Origin: a virus
Reading direction: 5' to 3' (one strand)
Length of the DNA stretch: 64,000 nucleotides
Virus record (IMG/VR): IMGVR_UViG_3300045988_123515
Span: 1-64,000 of that record
The notes beneath the pieces are model-generated. The model made no database searches and had not been told where the DNA came from. It worked only from the letters and a program-made list of their open reading frames with translations. This document shows positions 54,109 to 62,757 of the stretch, in pieces (within the stretch, counting starts at the first letter, position 1; every line of letters begins with the position of its first letter). The position numbers and the translations under genes were made by a program.

Positions 54109-54423
54109 ATGAACGAAATCACAATTAACACAGCAAATCAGACACCTATTGAAACAGCACTTGGTATTGATGAAGAGGGAATGACTACCGCTGGTACACT
54201 CTTTGATTTTCTCAGAATGGATAGAAGCAATTTCTCAAGATGGTTTAGAACAAATATTATCGGTAATGGTTTTGCCGAGGAAAATACCGACTATTTTCTG
54301 TTCGTCATCAATGACGAGCAAGCGTTTGGTTCTATTCCCCACAAGTCAAGCATATACTGTTATCATAAATCATTGATCGGGAGGAGAAGCATATGGATTA
54401 CAAAAAGGAAATTATGGAGATGA
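54109..54423 (+). CDS. AntA-like domain protein, possibly truncated
   Basis: TLFDFLRMDRSNFSRWFRTNIIGNGFAEENTDYF is AntA-like. The remainder is unrelated and low-quality. Confidence 0.35.
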   Translation: MNEITINTANQTPIETALGIDEEGMTTAGTLFDFLRMDRSNFSRWFRTNIIGNGFAEENTDYFLFVINDEQAFGSIPHKSSIYCYHKSLIGRRSIWITKRKLWR

Positions 54424-54491
54424 TACAAAAGATACATAATGTCCGTTGGCTAAGGTCGATATACATTTTTGTTAAAACACTAATAGAATAG
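54393..54491 (+). CDS. small ORF (32 aa)
   Basis: GGGAGGAGAAGC RBS. Translates to MDYKKEIMEMIQKIHNVRWLRSIYIFVKTLIE. Confidence 0.35.
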   Translation: MDYKKEIMEMIQKIHNVRWLRSIYIFVKTLIE

Positions 54492-54544
54492 CATTACTAA
54501 GTAGAAAAAAGACAAGGGCTTGCGCATTACCCTTGTCTTTTCTG

Positions 54545-54910
54545 CTATGACTTCTTTGAAATTGTGTCTATGAGTTTTTCTAAGTTGTCCCATCCGGAAT
54601 CATCAAGCCTTGCTAAAGCATTTACGAGACGATATTTAAAATCGTCATCGTCAGCTTTTGTAACATATCCAAGTAATTTCGAAATTTCATCATTCCTTTT
54701 AGCTGGATAAAACATCTCGCCTTCGCCATCTTTAAGCCATTCTTCACGAACATTAAATTCTTTACAAACATCATCAATTGTTCGATCTGAAGGAACTTTG
54801 TTTCCTATTTCAATTTGCGCTACAAAATTCCTACTTATTTTCAGCTTATCTGCAAATTCTTGCTGAGTTACGTTCAATTTTTTTCGCAACTCTTTAAATC
54901 TGTCTTTCAA
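54545..54910 (-). CDS. CI-like repressor (XRE-family HTH)
   Basis: LNVTQQEFADKLKISRNFVAQIEIGNKVPSDRTI. TTG start 54910 follows AAAGGAGGAATTAAA; the track start is 54943. Confidence 0.75.
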   Translation of the reverse strand: MKDRFKELRKKLNVTQQEFADKLKISRNFVAQIEIGNKVPSDRTIDDVCKEFNVREEWLKDGEGEMFYPAKRNDEISKLLGYVTKADDDDFKYRLVNALARLDDSGWDNLEKLIDTISKKS

Positions 54911-54947
54911 TTTAATTCCTCCTTTCTGAAAATATAGTACCATAAAA

Positions 54948-55019
54948 TGTTTACAAAGTCAACAAAAAACTATTGACAAATGTTATCCCAGGGACTATAC
55001 TGTGTTTACAAGGTAAACA
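54948..55019. promoter_or_regulatory. genetic-switch region: two palindromic operators flanking a rightward promoter
   Basis: O1 is TGTTTAC-AAA-GTCAACA (54948-54964). The promoter is TTGACA (54973-54978), 17 nt, TATACT (54996-55001). O2 is the perfect palindrome TGTTTAC-AAG-GTAAACA (55003-55019). Confidence 0.6.
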
Positions 55020-55039
55020 AAGAAAGGAGGCAAGTTAAC

Positions 55040-55291
55040 GTGTTGAAAGGATTTTTAAAAAGAATATTCGTACCGCAGATTGTAAAAATTCCAGATAAAA
55101 CAAGAGTTATGTGCTTTTCTAAAGATGGGAACAAGTACTTAAAAGTATTTAATACCGAAAGCGGCGCGAACATCTGCTTCCAGGTGAAATCCATAGATTA
55201 TGAAAACAGTGATTTAAAGAATGAATATCACCCAGAAACGATGTTCTCAGATATTGAAAGCGATCAAAGCGTTACGATTTTGAACCAGTAA
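55040..55291 (+). CDS. first rightward early gene (Cro-position protein, no HTH recognised)
   Basis: GTG 55040 follows GAAAGGAGG. The track ORF starts at 54980, inside the operator region. Confidence 0.4.
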   Translation: MLKGFLKRIFVPQIVKIPDKTRVMCFSKDGNKYLKVFNTESGANICFQVKSIDYENSDLKNEYHPETMFSDIESDQSVTILNQ

Positions 55292-55470
55292 GTATAATCG
55301 TTACATTTTGAACACTTTGGAATGGTTTTACCGGACTTTACAGTTCTTTTTGAATTGCAATTACAACAAGTGAAAACAGTAGTTTCAGAAACTTTTTCAC
55401 CAGAACGGTAAAAACCATCCATGTAAGGAAGCAATATCAATTTCTTATCTCCTTTCAAGTTACTTGGCAT
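55264..55470 (-). CDS. zinc-ribbon protein (68 aa)
   Basis: CCNCNSK..18 aa..CSKCND. Internal Met 55470 is chosen because the track start 55572 overlaps the next gene. No clear RBS. Confidence 0.35.
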   Translation of the reverse strand: MPSNLKGDKKLILLPYMDGFYRSGEKVSETTVFTCCNCNSKRTVKSGKTIPKCSKCNDYTYWFKIVTL

Positions 55471-55531
55471 GGTAGTGCCTGTACTTACATTATAAAGAGA
55501 TAAGAAGTCAAACTCAACAGAAAGGAGACTA

Positions 55532-56341
55532 ATGGGCGGATTAATACACATCGGAAATTCAGATATTTCCATAAAAGAGTATAACGGTCAGCGAGTGGTT
55601 ACATTCAAAGACATTGATGCAGTTCACGGCAGACCAGACGGAACAGCAAGGAAGCGTTTTAATGATAATCGCAATCGTTTCATTGAGGGAGAGGATTTTT
55701 TCAAAATTAGCGCGTCCGAAATTCGGACAACCAAATTATTTGACATTCCAGACAAGGCAACTTCTGATTATGCCCTTATGACAGAACAAGGATATCTAAT
55801 GTTAGTAAAGTCTTTCACAGATGATTTAGCATGGGATGTTCAGAGACAGCTTGTGAATGGATATTTCAAAACCAGAGAAAAAGTAAAAAAGGCATTGTCA
55901 CCGGAACTTCAAATGTTACAGGGACTACTTTCACAAATGGTAGAGAAAGAACTTGCTGACAAGGAAAGAGACCGGCAGATTTTAATTGCCAAAGAAACAG
56001 CAGATAAAGCTGTTGCAACTACAGAGAATATTAAAGAAGCAGTCAAACCAGTATTTGATAACTGGCGTTCAGAAATCAATTTGAAATTCAATCGTATACA
56101 GAAATGTGCAGGAGCAGAGTTCAAAACGCTCCGGTCAGAAATGTATCAAGAATTGGAATATCGGGCTGGATGTGATTTGAGTACCAGGTTGAGAAACAAA
56201 CGTAATCGCATGGTGGAAAACGGATGCACAAAGACGGCGGTTAATGCACTCAACAAAATGGATATCATTGACGATGATAAAAAGTTACGAGAGATTTTCT
56301 CGAAGATTGTAACTGAATATGAAATTAAATATTGTGCGTAG
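55532..56341 (+). CDS. antirepressor (ORF6N / KilA-N-related N-terminus + ORF6C C-terminus)
   Basis: IKEYNGQRVVTFKDIDAVHGRPDGTARKRFNDNRNRFIEGEDFF..MTEQGYLMLVKSF. Confidence 0.65.
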   Translation: MGGLIHIGNSDISIKEYNGQRVVTFKDIDAVHGRPDGTARKRFNDNRNRFIEGEDFFKISASEIRTTKLFDIPDKATSDYALMTEQGYLMLVKSFTDDLAWDVQRQLVNGYFKTREKVKKALSPELQMLQGLLSQMVEKELADKERDRQILIAKETADKAVATTENIKEAVKPVFDNWRSEINLKFNRIQKCAGAEFKTLRSEMYQELEYRAGCDLSTRLRNKRNRMVENGCTKTAVNALNKMDIIDDDKKLREIFSKIVTEYEIKYCA

Positions 56342-56356
56342 AAAGGAAGTGAGAAA

Positions 56357-56506
56357 ATGTCAGAAAAAGAAAAACGTATTGTCGAGAAGCTTAAAGATGC
56401 CATTCCGAAAATGTCTGATTTTGATAAAGGTTACATTCTCGGAAAAGTAGAAAGCCTTTCTTCTGATAAGAAAGACGATGATTCTGATAAGAAAGAAAGT
56501 TCTTAA
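56357..56506 (+). CDS. small acidic ORF (49 aa)
   Basis: GGAAGTGAG RBS. Translates to MSEKEKRIVEKLKDAIPKMSDFDKGYILGKVESL.. Confidence 0.4.
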   Translation: MSEKEKRIVEKLKDAIPKMSDFDKGYILGKVESLSSDKKDDDSDKKESS

Positions 56507-56524
56507 CTGAAAGGAGGTAATCAA

Positions 56525-56608
56525 ATGGATTTGTACGATGTAGCACTTTTGTTTTCGATTGCAGCAATTATTCTAAATATAATCACTTTTTTCTTAAATC
56601 GAAAGTAA
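56525..56608 (+). CDS. 27-aa hydrophobic peptide, holin-like-toxin (type I toxin) candidate
   Basis: AAAGGAGG RBS 8 nt upstream. Translates to MDLYDVALLFSIAAIILNIITFFLNRK. Its 3' end overlaps the convergent gene 56594 by 15 nt. Confidence 0.45.
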   Translation: MDLYDVALLFSIAAIILNIITFFLNRK

Positions 56609-57133
56609 ATCTTTACTTTCTTTTGGTACTTGAAGAGTATATATTTTATTCTTCTTGTTTGTGATTATTTTTAATGTGATAAAATCTTTGCTCAATTTAA
56701 TATTAGCAGGAATGTCAAACAAGACAATTTCAAATATTCCTTGTGATGGTTGCAAAGAGATCGGAAAATCCGCACTGAATATTCTTTCAGTGATGGGAAT
56801 ATCTGTTTCGTTGTACTTTGGATAATAACGTTCAGCAACCCATCTATGGGTTAGAACACATGAATACGAAGCGCGATGATTCAAAAGTAAAGAAACTCTG
56901 GTAATAATTATAGGAGAAGATGAATTGTTCTGAAAGATTAAACCTAGTTTGATAGACTGTTCGTTTTCTGCATTTAAAGTGCACAGTGTTTCCAATGAAA
57001 CAGAAATATTTGTCCGTTTACTCCAAAGTGAATGAATGAATTGAAATAGAGAAAGAACAAATCCTGCAATCGCAATAACGGTTGTAAGCAAAGACTTGTT
57101 TTCTGCAACAAATTTAACAATGGTACTCAGCAT
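56594..57133 (-). CDS. N-terminally anchored membrane protein, unknown function
   Basis: TM segment LLTTVIAIAGFVLSLFQFI, then a beta-rich domain. AT-rich. Met 57133 is chosen. Confidence 0.5.
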   Translation of the reverse strand: MLSTIVKFVAENKSLLTTVIAIAGFVLSLFQFIHSLWSKRTNISVSLETLCTLNAENEQSIKLGLIFQNNSSSPIIITRVSLLLNHRASYSCVLTHRWVAERYYPKYNETDIPITERIFSADFPISLQPSQGIFEIVLFDIPANIKLSKDFITLKIITNKKNKIYTLQVPKESKDLLSI

Positions 57134-57184
57134 AATTAAAACCTCCATTTTTTTAATTAGAGTATACCACAGAAAGGAAATGAT

Positions 57185-57385
57185 ATGTTGGAAGAAACAA
57201 ATGCATTACTCGAGCAGATTTTGGAAGAACTTAAAGCCATTCGGAAAGAAGTCACCCCTACGAGAACAAAAAAAGTAACGCACACGGCAAATATTGACGG
57301 GGAGACAATTGTCGAATGCGTTACAGATGGAATTCAAAACGCCTTATACGGGAAACGAGCGTTTAATCCGAAAGATTCTGAATAG
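57185..57385 (+). CDS. hypothetical protein
   Basis: ORF track. Confidence 0.45.
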   Translation: MLEETNALLEQILEELKAIRKEVTPTRTKKVTHTANIDGETIVECVTDGIQNALYGKRAFNPKDSE

Positions 57386-57539
57386 CAAAATCATATGCAC
57401 GTTTTAAATATTGAATTTCGTCATTTGACATAGAAGTATTTCCAGCCAATGGAGCTTCTCTTTTATCAAGAACGTATTCATTTAATTTAGACTTTGCATA
57501 AGTAATTGCTAAATCATGAATTATTTGTTCTTTATTCAT
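57363..57539 (-). CDS. hypothetical protein (58 aa)
   Basis: Met 57539 follows GGGAGGTG on the - strand. The track start is 57626. Confidence 0.45.
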   Translation of the reverse strand: MNKEQIIHDLAITYAKSKLNEYVLDKREAPLAGNTSMSNDEIQYLKRAYDFAIQNLSD

Positions 57540-57731
57540 AATACACACCTCCCTTCGAGGAAAATTATACCACAAAAAAAGGAGGCGAATCAAAATCAAA
57601 GACTTCATATATGAATTATTTTTCAAGAAAAGATATTCAATAGTGGATATATTAAGCAGGGTTATTGGAATTATTATTGGACTTTATATTTTCAGCAGAT
57701 ATATTTTACCAATGATGTAAGAAAGGAGAAA

Positions 57732-57956
57732 ATGCAAATGGAACTTGAGGAATACTTATCTCAAAAGCTATCGAGCCGTGAAGGACAACGGTATTTGGAA
57801 TTTAGAAGAAGGAACGGACAGAAAGCAGATGATCTTTACAAAAAGGTAAAAGATGAAATTGCTGAATGCCATCTGTCCGTTACCGAAGCAAAAGGTTTTT
57901 TGGATTTTATGAAGTTGGTTGTTGAAGAAGCTTCATATATTCCAATTAAGAAATGA
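57732..57956 (+). CDS. hypothetical protein
   Basis: ORF track; AAAGGAGA RBS. Confidence 0.5.
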   Translation: MQMELEEYLSQKLSSREGQRYLEFRRRNGQKADDLYKKVKDEIAECHLSVTEAKGFLDFMKLVVEEASYIPIKK

Positions 57957-58360
57957 CAGAAGTAGTAATGCAGAAGCATATTTACACCCCCTTTTCCTAC
58001 AGAAAAGTATACCACGAAAACGAGGGGTGTGAGAAATATAAAAAATTATCAAATCAAGGAGGAAAAAATATCATGATTAGTTGCAACAAAGGAAATGTAA
58101 AACTCGAGGGAACAGTATCAAGGCTCTACGCAGAACTTGCAACCATAGTGCATTGTTTAAAGGAATCTGCTCTTGAGAAAGGAATTGAAGATAAAGAAGC
58201 TGATAAAGACCTTCTGTCTGCATTTGAATCCGGCCTTAAAACAGAGCAGGAACTCAATGAAGAGCTCAAAAAGAAAATAAAACAACTTGATGGTCTTATC
58301 CCAGACCTTATCATGGATGGCATTGCAACTACATTAAAAGCTAATGACAAGGAGGACTAG
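57953..58360 (+). CDS. hypothetical protein
   Basis: ORF track; start uncertain. Confidence 0.45.
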   Translation: MTEVVMQKHIYTPFSYRKVYHENEGCEKYKKLSNQGGKNIMISCNKGNVKLEGTVSRLYAELATIVHCLKESALEKGIEDKEADKDLLSAFESGLKTEQELNEELKKKIKQLDGLIPDLIMDGIATTLKANDKED

Positions 58361-58362
58361 GC

Positions 58363-58542
58363 ATGGAGGAAAACAAGAGTACGGATTTCGTTCCCGAAAA
58401 TTCAAATGAGGAATACGCAATGCTCATTGGCAGACTAAAAGCATTTGAGGCATGGGCAAGAAATGTATCTGAATTTGACTTCAAAAAGGATATGTGTTTC
58501 AGAATGCTGGGATTAGAAATTGATGATCCGGAAGAAGAATAA
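58363..58542 (+). CDS. hypothetical acidic protein (59 aa), below ORF-track cutoff
   Basis: AAGGAGGA RBS. Translates to MEENKSTDFVPENSNEEYAMLIGRLKAFEAWARN.. Confidence 0.45.
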   Translation: MEENKSTDFVPENSNEEYAMLIGRLKAFEAWARNVSEFDFKKDMCFRMLGLEIDDPEEE

Positions 58543-58668
58543 AAAAGTTGCCCTGGACGGTGCTGGAACACCAACCAGAGCAGAATTTAACTAAGGCAGT
58601 TAAATACAGGGTAATTATAACATATCCTCCTGTATTTGACAAACAAAAATACAACAGGAGGAATTTTT

Positions 58669-58812
58669 ATGCGAAAAAACAAAGGAAATGAGCCACTTTC
58701 CAGTGAAATTATCGCAAATCTGGAAGAAAAAGTGGTGTTACGGAACGTATGGATTGTCATTATGATAACAGCTTTGATTGTGGTGTTAATCAAGAAAGAG
58801 AGGACAAAATGA
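58669..58812 (+). CDS. small single-TM protein (47 aa)
   Basis: CAGGAGGA RBS. TM segment VWIVIMITALIVVLI. Confidence 0.4.
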   Translation: MRKNKGNEPLSSEIIANLEEKVVLRNVWIVIMITALIVVLIKKERTK

Positions 58813-58982
58813 AATTAGTAGCAGAACTTCTTGTATTTACTGGGATGTTAACCTTGATATTCTTCGGATTATGGTTTTTCACAGCCAAGGATTTGTTGGA
58901 AATATTTGTATTATCCAGTTTCGGGGCATTCTTTGTAGCAATCCCTGTAATGATATATTTGGAGGAAAAATTAAATGGGTGA
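58809..58982 (+). CDS. small two-TM protein (57 aa)
   Basis: ATGA overlap with the upstream gene. Translates to MKLVAELLVFTGMLTLIFFGLWFF..SSFGAFFVAIPVMIY. The track ORF extends to 58749. Confidence 0.45.
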   Translation: MKLVAELLVFTGMLTLIFFGLWFFTAKDLLEIFVLSSFGAFFVAIPVMIYLEEKLNG

Positions 58983-59598
58983 GAACAAAATAGTAATTTC
59001 AGGTGTTGCATCAAGCGTAGCCTTTCATCATGAAGCATTCGGTATTTATTATTATCAAACATCTGTTGCAGTAACAAGAAGAAGTGGGAATATTGATTAC
59101 CTTGACGTAGTTGCAAGTGATGAAACTTTCGGGGCTTATGATTACGAGGGAAAAAAAGTTGTGGTGCATGGTGCAATTCGCTCAAGGATTGAGAAGAAAC
59201 AGGCGAGAGAAGCATATGTTGCAGCGGACAATATAGAAATATTGGATGCCCCTGTTGCAGGCGGAGATTTAAACAAGGTTGAGGTAGAGGGATTCATTTG
59301 TAACAAAAACATTGAGGGAAAATATACGCCGGTAACAAGAAGATATATTCTCAATCTGTTCTTGGCAATTCACAGAAATAATAAGAGGAACGGAAGAGCA
59401 GATTATATTCCCTGCTGCATTTGGGGGGAAAACGCAAAAGAAATTGAGAAACAAGTTGAGCAAGGCTCAAAAATTAAAATAACAGGAATGCTCCTTTCCA
59501 GGGAGTTATACAAAAATGGCGAATTTGTAAGTGTATCTGAGATTTCAGTAAATTCAGTGGAGGTATTGGATGAAAACAATAGAGTTAAAAAGAATTGA
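58975..59598 (+). CDS. tandem OB-fold single-stranded DNA-binding protein
   Basis: Two SSB-like repeats: NKIVISGV..VAVTRRSGNIDYLDVVAS..GKKVVVHGAIRSR..ADNIEIL and NKVEVEGF..ADYIPCCIWGENA..GSKIKITGML..VNSVEVL. Confidence 0.55.
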   Translation: MGENKIVISGVASSVAFHHEAFGIYYYQTSVAVTRRSGNIDYLDVVASDETFGAYDYEGKKVVVHGAIRSRIEKKQAREAYVAADNIEILDAPVAGGDLNKVEVEGFICNKNIEGKYTPVTRRYILNLFLAIHRNNKRNGRADYIPCCIWGENAKEIEKQVEQGSKIKITGMLLSRELYKNGEFVSVSEISVNSVEVLDENNRVKKN

Positions 59599-61546
59599 GC
59601 TTGAGAACTATAAAAAGTATTCCAGCAAAACAGTTGAGTTATATAAAAAGACCAAGATTTCAGGACGCAATAAAGCAGGAAAATCCACGCTGATGGATGC
59701 GTATTTTGATACGCTAACAGGAAAATTAGCTGATGGTACATTGCCAAATGAAGTAAGAAAAAAAGACAATGGAGTTGAAGTTGATAATCCAGTAGTCCGT
59801 GAGATTACGCTTTCTGTTGACGGTCAGGAAATGGTTATTCGAAAAGAAATCAAAAAAGGCAAGAACAATAACACAACTTCCTATGAAATTGATGGTTTCA
59901 AAAGCAATAAAACGAAGTTTGAAGAGTTTTTAAAAGAGAATATTGCTGATCCGGATACGCTTCTGATGTGTAGTAATGCCCGGGCATTTATCAATGAAAT
60001 CTCAAAATCTACAGCTGATGCAAGAAAGACTTTATCAGATATTTCTGGATTTGATGAAAAGCAGATTGAAGGCTATGCAGATATTCAGAATATCACAAAA
60101 GGGCATCCGGTTGAGGAAGTTTTGAGGACATTGAGGGGTAATTTACGGAAGCAGGATAAAGCCGTTTCTAATAAGAAAGCAGTTATTAATAATGCAGAGG
60201 AAGAACTTTCAAAGATAAGTTCAGAATCTGTTGCAGATAAAGAATCCTTGCTGAAAGATAAAGCAATTATTGATGAAAAAGAAGCTAAAATCGCCGATTT
60301 ATCAAAAGCCTATGAAACAGCCCAGGGTGAAATCGAAAGTCTTAAAAAAGCAAGAAATGATTTTGAAAGAGCATCCGGTGAACAGCTTGGAAAGAAACAT
60401 TCTGAAATTTTAAACATCGTTTCTGATAGAAAAATCAAGTTACAGGCTGACCAGAACGATTTAAGAACTGCCAGAACAATCTTGTCCAACATGGAATCAG
60501 ATGATGATTTAAAAAATAACGTTACAGATTTACAGGCACAGTATAAAGCAGTTTTTTCATCTGCATGGAATGATTCTGCATTAAAAGCTATCGAAGTAGA
60601 AGAATTTAATGAAGCAGAAGCCGTATGCCCGACTTGTGGACAGAAGTTGCTCCCAGAACAGGTTGAAAAATTAAAGGTAACATTTGAAGAAAACAAGCAG
60701 AAGAGAATCACTGAACAGTTTGAAGCAAAAGCTAAATTCGAACAGGACAAGAAACTCACTCTTGAAGAAATTACCAAAAGAGGAAATGAAGCCGTTAAAC
60801 ACAGAAAACAATGTTCAGAAGATCGCACAAAGCTGGAATCTGATATTTTAGAGATTGAGAAGCGTATTGCAACTCTGACGGAAGAAATTCAGGCAAAAGA
60901 GAATGAATTGGAAGAAATTCCTACAAAAGTTGATTTATCTGCAAATGCTGAGTATCAGCAGATTCTGGCAGATATACAGAAGAAAGAAACTGAGCTTGCT
61001 GGGCTGAATAATTATTTTAAAGAGAGACAGGAAATCGCAAATAAGAAACTGGAACTTGCTAAAAAGATTGCGGAAATCGAAACCACGGAGAAACTTATAA
61101 AAAAGCAGAAAGCAGACAAGCAGCAGTCAATTGCCAGTATGAAAGAAGAATTAAAAACATTAGGGCAGCAGTCAGCTGATATTCAAGGACAGATTGACAA
61201 GGTGATGAATTTTTCAATTCTGAAAAACAAGTTACTTGCCGAAAAGATTAATCCTTATTTCAAGCATTTCCAGTTTAAATTCCTGGATTACACATCGGAT
61301 AATGAACCGATTGAAACTTGCCGGATGATCTGCAATGGCATTGATTATATGAATGGCTTGAACCACTCTGATCAGATTTTGTGCAACATTGATTTAGTGG
61401 CAGGATTGCAGGAATTGAACGGATTAAAACTTCCAATTTGGGTTGATGATGTGGAATCCGTGAACGAAGAAAGATTGCCGGAATTAGAACAGCAGGTTAT
61501 TTACTTGGAAGTATCAAAAGAAGAATTAAAAGTGGAGGAATTTTAA
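59570..61546 (+). CDS. SMC/SbcC/Rad50-like AAA ATPase
   Basis: N-terminal Walker A GRNKAGKST, a long coiled coil with a CPTCGQ hook-like motif, and a C-terminal LPIWVDDVES Walker B. Confidence 0.7.
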   Translation: MKTIELKRIELENYKKYSSKTVELYKKTKISGRNKAGKSTLMDAYFDTLTGKLADGTLPNEVRKKDNGVEVDNPVVREITLSVDGQEMVIRKEIKKGKNNNTTSYEIDGFKSNKTKFEEFLKENIADPDTLLMCSNARAFINEISKSTADARKTLSDISGFDEKQIEGYADIQNITKGHPVEEVLRTLRGNLRKQDKAVSNKKAVINNAEEELSKISSESVADKESLLKDKAIIDEKEAKIADLSKAYETAQGEIESLKKARNDFERASGEQLGKKHSEILNIVSDRKIKLQADQNDLRTARTILSNMESDDDLKNNVTDLQAQYKAVFSSAWNDSALKAIEVEEFNEAEAVCPTCGQKLLPEQVEKLKVTFEENKQKRITEQFEAKAKFEQDKKLTLEEITKRGNEAVKHRKQCSEDRTKLESDILEIEKRIATLTEEIQAKENELEEIPTKVDLSANAEYQQILADIQKKETELAGLNNYFKERQEIANKKLELAKKIAEIETTEKLIKKQKADKQQSIASMKEELKTLGQQSADIQGQIDKVMNFSILKNKLLAEKINPYFKHFQFKFLDYTSDNEPIETCRMICNGIDYMNGLNHSDQILCNIDLVAGLQELNGLKLPIWVDDVESVNEERLPELEQQVIYLEVSKEELKVEEF

Positions 61547-61780
61547 ATGGCTACTTATAACATTAAAGAAGCAATCAAAGCACAGGAACAGTATTGTGAA
61601 GAACATGAATTACCGCATTTTGCACCACGTAGCGGGGTTTGCTGGTCTTGTCATCAAAACATCTATTCAGAAAACGGATTCACAAGGTTTGGTGAGAAAA
61701 CGAGTGGAATTTCAGTTGAGGGAGCAGGAAGTCATATGATTACCGGATGCCCGTTCTGTTACAGAAGCTATTGTGATTAA
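61547..61780 (+). CDS. small Cys4 protein
   Basis: CWSCHQ..27 aa..CPFCYRSYC. The start abuts the upstream stop. Confidence 0.5.
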   Translation: MATYNIKEAIKAQEQYCEEHELPHFAPRSGVCWSCHQNIYSENGFTRFGEKTSGISVEGAGSHMITGCPFCYRSYCD

Positions 61781-62160
61781 GTAATTATTCTTTGCATGGC
61801 ATTGGAATTGAATAGAACTGTATAGGCATGGAATGGTAACGCACAGTAACGATTAGTGGTGAAAAGGCAAAGTAAAGATTAGCAGAGGAAGGGCAAGGCA
61901 ACGTAGCGACGGGAGATGAGCAGAAATGGAATTGAATAGCGCAGCACAGCCAAGGAACAGAACAGAACAGATTGGCTTAGTAATGCATGGGCAGTGAATA
62001 GTACCGCAAAGTAACGGAAACGCATTGTAGAGTTGAGCCATGCGCGGCAGAGGAGTTGATAGGTGATGCATGGCAATGTATTGGAAAAGCGTCGTCTGGC
62101 GCTGCGCCGGAGAAGCCTGGTTTAGAGCAGTATTAAAAAATAATAAAGGAGAAAATTGAG
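61781..62160. other. C-depleted purine-rich non-coding block A
   Basis: No + strand ORF. Contains repeated GCATGG and TGGAATTGAATAG (61803, 61927). The - strand ORFs here are artefacts of G-depletion. Confidence 0.5.
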
Positions 62161-62757
62161 ATGAAAGAAATGAAAGTTAGATTAACATTTTTAGAGGAAG
62201 TTTTGGGAACAGCAAATGCGGAAAAAGATATTCATGAGAAGTTTATTGCATCAAAAGCACCAGATGCACCTTCCAGAGAACAGGAAGTTGAAGCTTTAGG
62301 AATTGAAGAAGTTATCGAAAAAGGTCGAACAGTATTTCCGAAAGATGAAAATGGCAATCCGTTCCTTTGGGACTACCAGATCAGGGGATTCTTTAAGTCA
62401 GCTGCACAGGCCGGTTCCTATATCGGAGGAGCAAAGAAACTTGCAGCTTATAAGAAAAAAATTGACTTACTGGTATTTGTAAACGAACGCAAAATTCCGT
62501 TTATTCTTCCAGAAGGTACATTGCTTTCTGACTGTCAAAGGCCACTAAGAGCGCAGACAGCACAGGGCGAACGAATTTCGTTGGCAGATAGTGAAACAGT
62601 ACCAGCAGGATCAACAGTAGAATTTACAATCAGGGTACTTGATGATTCGCTCATGAAATATGTAATCGACTGGCTTGATTATGGAAGATACAACGGTATT
62701 GGTCAGTGGCGAAACTCAGGGAAAGGCCGATACACATGGACTGAAATCACCGAATAA
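62161..62757 (+). CDS. hypothetical protein
   Basis: AAAGGAGAAAATTGAG RBS. 198 aa with a Gly-rich C-terminal loop (NGIGQWRNSGKGRY). No family assigned. Confidence 0.55.
   Translation: MKEMKVRLTFLEEVLGTANAEKDIHEKFIASKAPDAPSREQEVEALGIEEVIEKGRTVFPKDENGNPFLWDYQIRGFFKSAAQAGSYIGGAKKLAAYKKKIDLLVFVNERKIPFILPEGTLLSDCQRPLRAQTAQGERISLADSETVPAGSTVEFTIRVLDDSLMKYVIDWLDYGRYNGIGQWRNSGKGRYTWTEITE

Noticed and set aside
60310-60828. 172-aa antisense ORF inside the SMC-like ATPase gene
   Set aside because: It is a Ser/Cys/Phe-rich shadow of an A/G-rich coiled-coil coding region.
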